This document shows positions 29,176 to 34,547 of a DNA stretch of 34,547 nucleotides, piece by piece. Positions within the stretch are counted from its first letter, which is position 1. Each line of letters opens with the position of its first letter. The DNA lies in IMG/VR virus record IMGVR_UViG_3300042866_001735, positions 1 through 34,547 of that record; one strand, written 5' to 3'. This stretch comes from a virus. Its lineage: Duplodnaviria > Caudoviricetes. A model generated the notes under the pieces. That model searched no databases. It was given only the letters and a program-made list of their open reading frames with translations, and was not told where the DNA came from. A program made the translations under genes and the position numbers.

Positions 29176-29561
29176 TGAATTACGCTACTATATATAGTTA
29201 TATTGGTGCTTACTTGGCGGTGAGAAAGGCTATTGTTGCTACTGAGGCCGAATTACAAGCCGATATGAAATATGATCGTCCTTGCTGCAAAAAAGAGGCA
29301 GAGCAGAAAAAAGGTCTCTTCTTGTTGTGGTGTTTGGAAAATATTGACTGTTATGTAGAGGGCACTACTGATAAAGTAATTTCTGTAGCGAATAGATGGG
29401 CTCGTAATTGTGCAAGTTGTTCTGTTACTCAAGCAGAGATAGATGCTTTCTTACTTACAGCCAAAGGAATAGAATTAAAAGCCAAAGCCGTTACCAACGG
29501 ATATATTGTAACTACGTCTGGAACCTGGACGGTGTACAATACCGGCTATCAAATTTTATAA
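29175..29561 (+). CDS. Cys-rich hypothetical virion protein
   Basis: The ATG at 29175 overlaps the upstream TAA and is preferred over the TTG at 29169. Contains PCC and CASC motifs. Confidence 0.6.
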   Translation: MNYATIYSYIGAYLAVRKAIVATEAELQADMKYDRPCCKKEAEQKKGLFLLWCLENIDCYVEGTTDKVISVANRWARNCASCSVTQAEIDAFLLTAKGIELKAKAVTNGYIVTTSGTWTVYNTGYQIL

Positions 29562-29564
29562 AAA

Positions 29565-29921
29565 ATGAGTTTCGAGATAACTAGACAGGAGCTGCTTAAA
29601 CAAGCAAATGAGTTACTCGTAAAGTATAATCAGACGAAGGATCCTGAATTTAAAGCACAGGAAACTAGGATACGCAAAATTGTTGCTGACCTAATTACTT
29701 TGGGTTATCTTGGGTCTCAGGACTTACAAGACATCACCGATAATGGAGCTACTACAACAAACGCTGTAACTATCAGTAATAATATAACAGCAAATGCTTT
29801 CATACGACTTGACGGAGTATCTACTCAGTTTTTAAAAGCCGATGGAAGTGTAGATAACAATACGTATTTAACTGCATCTAGTGCAGAAATAGTTAATCCT
29901 TTCTTATTAATGGGAGCATAA
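29565..29921 (+). CDS. Short tail-fibre-like protein
   Basis: LQDITDNGATTTNAVTI and QFLKADGSVDNNTYLT are repeat units common in fibre proteins of Bacteroidota phages. Confidence 0.55.
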   Translation: MSFEITRQELLKQANELLVKYNQTKDPEFKAQETRIRKIVADLITLGYLGSQDLQDITDNGATTTNAVTISNNITANAFIRLDGVSTQFLKADGSVDNNTYLTASSAEIVNPFLLMGA

Positions 29922-30250
29922 TGGCAACAAGTTATAAAATATTAGCACAATCAAGCCCGGTGGCAACTACAGAAACTGTTCTGTATACTGTTCCAGTTTC
30001 TACTTCTACAATCGCCAGTTCAATTATGGTATGTAATAGAGGCACTTCATCTGCTACTTTTAGAATTAGTGTTTCTGCATCTGGAGCAGCTACGGCTAAT
30101 AAAGATTACATTTATTATAATGTTCCCATTGGCACAGGAGACACTTTTGTTGCTACTATAGGTATTACCTTGGGAAACACAGATGTTGTAAGAGTGTATG
30201 CAACTACAGCAGATTTAAGTTTTAATTTATTCGGTTCAGAAATATCATAA
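29921..30250 (+). CDS. Small beta-rich tail-associated protein
   Basis: 109 aa with YKILAQ...LYTVP...IMVCN...FNLFGSEIS pattern. Coupled to the previous gene. Confidence 0.6.
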   Translation: MATSYKILAQSSPVATTETVLYTVPVSTSTIASSIMVCNRGTSSATFRISVSASGAATANKDYIYYNVPIGTGDTFVATIGITLGNTDVVRVYATTADLSFNLFGSEIS

Positions 30251-30251
30251 T

Positions 30252-31493
30252 ATGGCACAAGGATTTACCAAACCATCAGACGCAGTAACAATCAAAGATT
30301 CGGCTAATTTAGATGCATTTAGCCGTTTGCGTGTGAGCAATCCTTTGATTCTGTTTAATAGCCAATTTACTTACGATCTTAATCCGATTCTATTTGAGCA
30401 AATTACAAATGGAGCCGGGGCTGTTATAGCGCATGACACAACCAATAGATGTGCTACTTTAACTTTTGCCGGAACAGGTGCAGGAGGTAGTTCTTATATG
30501 CAGAGCTATGAATATTTGCCGTACCAACCAGGTCGGTCTCAGCTCATATTCGTAACATTCAATATGATTTCTGCTGTAGCAAATGTAGTTAAATTTGCCG
30601 GATACTCAGATGGTGTTAATGGTATAGAATTTCAACTTAACGGAACAACTAAACAATTCCACATTTATTCTGGAAGTGGAGCAGGCAATGAGACCGTTAC
30701 GCAATCATCCTGGAACCTAGATAAATTGGATGGTACAGGACCGAGCGGAATTACGCTTGATATTACCAAGACTCAAATCTTGGTTATAGATATTCAAGCT
30801 CTTTATGTAGGTCGTGTTCGTATAGGTTTTGATATAGGTGGTCAAATTATTTATGCTCACGAGTTTAAACACGCCAATAACGAGACTCATCCTTATATTC
30901 AATCTGCTAATTTACCTGTGAGATGTGGCATGACGTGTTCAGCACTATCTAGTACAACAATGGACTTTATATGCTCTGCTGTAATATCAGAGGGTGGTAG
31001 TGAAGATATAAACGTATTTGGATATACTTTTCAAACTGCTGCAAGTGTTACTACTTCTACGGCTGGTGTTCAGCTAATGACTCTGAGGCCCAAACTTACG
31101 TTCAATGGGATAACCAATAGAATGCGTGTGGCGTACATTGATGTTGAAATTTTCAATACAGGATCTACTAACCAACACGTTAGGTGGGATTTATGTATAG
31201 GACAAGCCATTACAGGTGGAACCTGGGCTGATGTGAATACTACCTATTCTGGGGTAGAAGTAAATACAGGAGGAACTTTATCCGGCTCTCCTGCGATTGT
31301 AATTGATGCTGGTTGGGCCTCAGTTGGTGCTAATACATCCACAGTAATAAATACAGCAGTTATATCTCGATACCCAATGACATTAGATGCTGCTGGTAAT
31401 AATAGAATATTAGGATCACTTACACTTAAGTTGACAGCCCTTGCAGGAACTCCCATAGTCTATGGTGCTGTAAAATTCAGAGAGATTAGGTAA
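30252..31493 (+). CDS. Tail-associated protein, probable lectin/ConA-like beta-sandwich
   Basis: 413 aa with DAFSRLRVSNP, YQPGRSQ, WNLDKLDGTGPSG and YVGRVRIGF motifs. Tail cluster context. Confidence 0.55.
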   Translation: MAQGFTKPSDAVTIKDSANLDAFSRLRVSNPLILFNSQFTYDLNPILFEQITNGAGAVIAHDTTNRCATLTFAGTGAGGSSYMQSYEYLPYQPGRSQLIFVTFNMISAVANVVKFAGYSDGVNGIEFQLNGTTKQFHIYSGSGAGNETVTQSSWNLDKLDGTGPSGITLDITKTQILVIDIQALYVGRVRIGFDIGGQIIYAHEFKHANNETHPYIQSANLPVRCGMTCSALSSTTMDFICSAVISEGGSEDINVFGYTFQTAASVTTSTAGVQLMTLRPKLTFNGITNRMRVAYIDVEIFNTGSTNQHVRWDLCIGQAITGGTWADVNTTYSGVEVNTGGTLSGSPAIVIDAGWASVGANTSTVINTAVISRYPMTLDAAGNNRILGSLTLKLTALAGTPIVYGAVKFREIR

Positions 31494-31521
31494 ATCAAAA
31501 AAAATTTTGTATTTTTGAATT

Positions 31522-31803
31522 ATGCAAGAAGTATCTTCAAGAAGTATAGACTTTACCGGTGGTTTAACTGGTTGCAGGGTTATAAGCGGAGTAAGTGCTG
31601 TTGTTGGAGGGTTTCAAGGCTTTGTTGTTAATTCTGATGCAGTAATAGCACAAGTTTTAAATCCGGCTGGCGTTGACGTTACATCGACAATTGGATTAAC
31701 AGGTGTGACTATAAAACAAGGTATGTTAATTACCGCTGCAAAAGGATCGCATTTTTCCTCTATAACTCTAACAAGCGGTAGCGTTATTGCTTACTTAATA
31801 TGA
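31522..31803 (+). CDS. Small beta-rich virion protein
   Basis: 93 aa ending FSSITLTSGSVIAY. Promoter box at 31510-31517. Confidence 0.6.
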   Translation: MQEVSSRSIDFTGGLTGCRVISGVSAVVGGFQGFVVNSDAVIAQVLNPAGVDVTSTIGLTGVTIKQGMLITAAKGSHFSSITLTSGSVIAYLI

Positions 31804-32594
31804 TAAGAATTGGTCCTTCTATAAGGCCAAAGTTTTTCGGTGGTACTGATGCCGATGCACAAGCGTTTATCACAGCTGCTGGTATAACTGATGCAACACA
31901 GCAGTCAGCCATCAATACTTTGGTGGTTAACCTCAAAGCGTATGGCATTTGGACAAAGATGAAAGCCATTTATCCTTTCGTTGGTGGCACGGCTTCAACT
32001 CACAAATGGAACTTGAAAGACCCACGTGATTTAGATGCTGCGTTTAGATTGGTGTTTACAGGTGGGATTACGCATTCATCAAGTGGTGTGGTTGGTAATG
32101 CTGTAAATGGTTATGCAAATACATTTGTAATACCAAGCACATCATTATCGTTAAATTCAACGCATTTAAGTTATTATTCAAGAACTGATATATCTCAATT
32201 AGCTTCTGAAATGGGAGCATCTGACACAGCAACAAAAAGATTGCAAATAACGATTCAATATTCAAGTATTAATTATAATGCAGTAAATAATGGTGTGTCC
32301 TCATTTTCATACGGAGGAAATAAAAATGGATTTTTTATAGCATCAAGAACATCATTAACTCAATTTAAATCTTATAGAAATTCTACAACATTAGATACAC
32401 GAACAATTTCAAGTGATGCTCTAACTTCAAGAGCAATTTCATTATTTGCTGTAAATGAAAATGGTAGTATAGTTCAATACAATAGCAAACAATGTGCCTT
32501 CGCTTCCATCGGTGACGGCCTAACAGATACCGAAGCCGCTAATTTCTACACCGCAGTACAAGCATACCAAACTACACTTTCACGCAATGTATAA
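31800..32594 (+). CDS. Tail-associated protein with a ConA/LamG-like C-terminal domain
   Basis: DADAQAFITAAGITDATQQSAINTLV...AIYPFVGG N-terminus and CAFASIGDGLTDTEAANFY C-terminus enclose a more AT-rich, variable-looking middle. Confidence 0.6.
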   Translation: MIRIGPSIRPKFFGGTDADAQAFITAAGITDATQQSAINTLVVNLKAYGIWTKMKAIYPFVGGTASTHKWNLKDPRDLDAAFRLVFTGGITHSSSGVVGNAVNGYANTFVIPSTSLSLNSTHLSYYSRTDISQLASEMGASDTATKRLQITIQYSSINYNAVNNGVSSFSYGGNKNGFFIASRTSLTQFKSYRNSTTLDTRTISSDALTSRAISLFAVNENGSIVQYNSKQCAFASIGDGLTDTEAANFYTAVQAYQTTLSRNV

Positions 32595-32718
32595 ACTATC
32601 CGAAATATCCCCCGAAAATTACAGCCAATATGTTGGCTTACTGACTGAAACTGACAAAGATTTACTCATTGGTCAATGGTATATGGATGACAGCTATTTT
32701 AATCCTATAATTTTGTAA
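32587..32718 (+). pseudogene. Truncated paralog (43 aa) of the 33329-33556 gene
   Basis: MYKLSEISPENYSQYVGLLTETDKDLLIGQWYMDDSYFNPIIL* aligns with YVGLLTVEQKDQLVGQWYAPDSFFNP of the downstream ORF and stops where the endonuclease cassette starts. Not in the ORF track. Confidence 0.8.
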
Positions 32719-32726
32719 ATTTGTAT

Positions 32727-33332
32727 ATGGCTTACGTTTACAGACATATAAGATTAGATAAGAATGAACCGTTTTATATTGGTATAGGTTCTGATAAAGC
32801 AAGGTGTTACACTAAACAAACAAGAAATAAACATTGGCATTCTATTACAAAGCATACAGAATATAGAGTTGATATTATTTTTGATGATTTATCTGTTGAA
32901 GAAGCGAAAGAAAAAGAAAAAGAACTTATTGCATTATATGGTAAAAAGTCAAATGGTGGTTTATTAGTTAATATAACTGATGGTGGAGATGGATGTTGGG
33001 GAGTTAAGGCAACAGAAGAACAACTTGAAGCAAGAAGAAAAAGAATGATTGAAAGCAATCATTTTAAAGGTAAACAGCATACTCCAGAAACAAAACAAAA
33101 AATGAGATTAGCTAAATTAGGAGTTAAAAGACCTAAAGAAGGTTATAATAAAAGAGCTGAAAAAATGAAAAAATATGTAGGTTTTAATCATTGGAATAGT
33201 AAACCTGTATTAGATTTTGAAACTGGAGTTTATTACGGTAGCGTTAAAGAGGCATCTATTTATGCTGATATGAATGTTACTACATTTATAAGAGCAATGA
33301 AAAAAGGAATTTTAAAATATAAAAGAGTATGA
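32727..33332 (+). mobile_element. Free-standing GIY-YIG homing endonuclease with NUMOD3 and a C-terminal HTH-like domain
   Basis: YVYRH...FYIGIG, conserved R, E (EKELI) and LVNITDGGDG; NUMOD3-like FKGKQHTPETKQKMRLAK; NUMOD1-like YGSVKEAS. Visibly more AT-rich than its flanks. The ATG at 32727 is preferred over the TTG at 32721. Confidence 0.88.
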
Positions 33333-33556
33333 GTACAATATACGTAGGTTTATTAACCGTTGAACAGAAAGACCAACTTGTTGGCCAGTGGTATGCGCCA
33401 GACAGTTTTTTTAACCCTCTGGAAGACAATGACGATAGGTGGGTAATATCAGTTGAAGAAATCAGCCAATGCGTTAACCCTGATTTTATGTGGGTGCAAA
33501 ACTTACCGCTTATTCCGTATGTTCCCAAACCAGCACCACCTTTTAAAACTGAATAA
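33329..33556 (+). CDS. Small conserved tail-cluster protein (possible fibre chaperone)
   Basis: 75 aa, ATGA-coupled to the endonuclease stop. Full-length version of the 32587 fragment. Confidence 0.7.
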   Translation: MSTIYVGLLTVEQKDQLVGQWYAPDSFFNPLEDNDDRWVISVEEISQCVNPDFMWVQNLPLIPYVPKPAPPFKTE

Positions 33557-33575
33557 AAATTCGTATCTTTGAATT

Positions 33576-34547
33576 ATGGCAATTACATTCGGAGATTTTC
33601 TCTCAATATTCACTACAAACGATGCTAGCGGTGGCCGTGCCATCAAAGCTACTTTTGATAATGGTGTAGATGATATTCAAAACTATCTCACCAAAAATGA
33701 TCCTGCCGGTGGACGTGCTATAAAAATCGTTAACGTTGGGGCTCCGCTTGGGCCTCAGTTTTGGACTGAAGCATATACTGCTACTACTCAAGCCACCTCT
33801 TCTTGGACAGCTATTGGTGCAGCAACTAATATAAACGCTGCTATTATACCAAAAGGTACGGGGGCTATTGTTGCATCTTTGCCTGATGGAACTGCGACAG
33901 GTGGTAATGCAAGGGGTGTAAATGCTGTTGATTTTCAAAGGGTAAGAAGTAACGCTAACCAAGTTGCAAGTGGAATTACAAGTGCTATTTTAAGCGGTCA
34001 AAATAACAGAATTTCATCAACAAGAACAAATAGTTTTTGCGTTATTGGTGGTGGTCAAAACCATTTGATAAGCCAATTATATGGTGCAACTATTGCAGGA
34101 GGAGATACTAATACTATTGGCGATAATGACGGATGGCAATGTACTATTGGTGGAGGTGCTACGAATACAATAACAGGTCGTATAGCGTCAACAATCGTTG
34201 GAGGTAATGGCAATACTGCTTCAAATAATTTTGTTACTATGGGCGGTAGAAATAACCTTGGTAGTGGAGATACATCAACTCTTATGGGTGGTCAGTCAAA
34301 TACTGCATCAGGAGCGTTTAGTGCTATCATAGGCGGACAATCCAATACAGCAAGTGGCAACCATTCTACTGCGATAGGGCAAGGTAGTATAGCAAGTGGA
34401 CCAAATTCCTTTGCAGGGGGAGGCGGTAATTCGGGCGGGTCATATTCTTTTGTTTTTGGTAGTTCACAAGGTAACGCTGAGGCAAGTATTGCAATAGGTA
34501 GAGGTTGCACCGCAAATAATCCAGGTCAGCGTGGCATGATTGCTATG
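33576..34547 (+). CDS. Tail fibre/spike with trimeric beta-helix (YadA-head-like) repeats, partial
   Basis: Hand translation MAITFGDFLSIFTTNDASGGRAIK...GGNARGVNAVDFQ...GGQSNTASGAFSAIIGGQSNTASGNHSTAIGQGSIASG, open to the window end (324 codons). Promoter box at 33564-33571. Not in the ORF track. Confidence 0.8.
   Translation, partial: MAITFGDFLSIFTTNDASGGRAIKATFDNGVDDIQNYLTKNDPAGGRAIKIVNVGAPLGPQFWTEAYTATTQATSSWTAIGAATNINAAIIPKGTGAIVASLPDGTATGGNARGVNAVDFQRVRSNANQVASGITSAILSGQNNRISSTRTNSFCVIGGGQNHLISQLYGATIAGGDTNTIGDNDGWQCTIGGGATNTITGRIASTIVGGNGNTASNNFVTMGGRNNLGSGDTSTLMGGQSNTASGAFSAIIGGQSNTASGNHSTAIGQGSIASGPNSFAGGGGNSGGSYSFVFGSSQGNAEASIAIGRGCTANNPGQRGMIAM

Larger units (their letters stand above)
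4056..33571 (+). promoter_or_regulatory. Set of Bacteroidota primary-sigma -7 elements (TAnnTTTG) before structural genes
   Basis: 4056-4063, 6315-6322, 9521-9528, 10477-10484, 16903-16910, 19305-19312, 28585-28592, 31510-31517, 32716-32723, 33564-33571. Confidence 0.8.
630..33758. repeat. Dispersed 11-bp motif WTGGGNCTCAG (21 exact copies, 6 further TGGGNCTC cores)
   Basis: Plus-strand starts: 4542, 6789, 13242, 14382, 15660, 16066, 17243, 19981, 22258, 22798, 23665, 24313, 28226, 29710, 31313, 33748. Minus: 740, 4425, 6593, 19591, 31083. 3'-variant cores: 630, 2532, 17618, 27664, 28934, 33736. Confidence 0.93.

Noticed and set aside
32587-33556. Group I intron or intein carrying the GIY-YIG gene
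   Set aside because: The endonuclease ORF fills essentially the whole insert, leaving no room for a ribozyme core. There are no intein splice motifs, and the downstream gene is complete with its own ATG.
4217-34510. Numerous short minus-strand ORFs opposite the structural genes, and plus-strand ORFs opposite the 306-2422 cluster
   Set aside because: Shadow frames of well-supported genes, with no recognisable motifs.
1-34547. Stop-codon reassignment as in some crAss-like phages
   Set aside because: Standard code 11 gives long, densely packed ORFs. TAG and TGA act as ordinary stops (e.g. 306-308, 11312-11314).
33576-34547. Diversity-generating retroelement target in tail genes
   Set aside because: No reverse transcriptase and no template/variable repeat pair differing at adenines seen in the window.

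Overview
A 34.5-kb, AT-rich segment of a dsDNA tailed phage with podovirus-like, crAss-like (Crassvirales-style) gene order. The host is very probably in Bacteroidota, since TAnnTTTG promoter elements precede many genes. The left ~2.4 kb is a minus-strand recombination cluster (Zn-ribbon protein, HNH-like nuclease, YqaJ/lambda-exonuclease-family protein, putative SSB). Next come a divergent promoter region, two HTH-like genes, a RusA-like resolvase and a ~580-bp non-coding region predicted to be highly base-paired. A long plus-strand virion module follows: portal, scaffold, major capsid, neck/ring proteins, a 1485-aa tail stabilisation/muzzle protein, ejection proteins, a 3087-aa polyvalent protein with kinase-like and ADP-ribosyltransferase-like modules, small tail proteins, a GIY-YIG homing endonuclease beside a truncated and a full copy of one small gene, and a partial tail fibre. 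The most striking signals are: (1) an 11-bp motif WTGGGNCTCAG found 21 times (27 counting the TGGGNCTC core) inside genes, in several reading frames and on both strands, which also marks the module junctions of the giant protein; (2) a candidate attenuator plus a ~360-nt structured RNA directly upstream of the portal gene; (3) host-type -7 promoter boxes only 3-6 nt before many start codons, implying leaderless mRNAs. All protein calls come from motif recognition and synteny by eye, and all counts are by hand; no database search was run.
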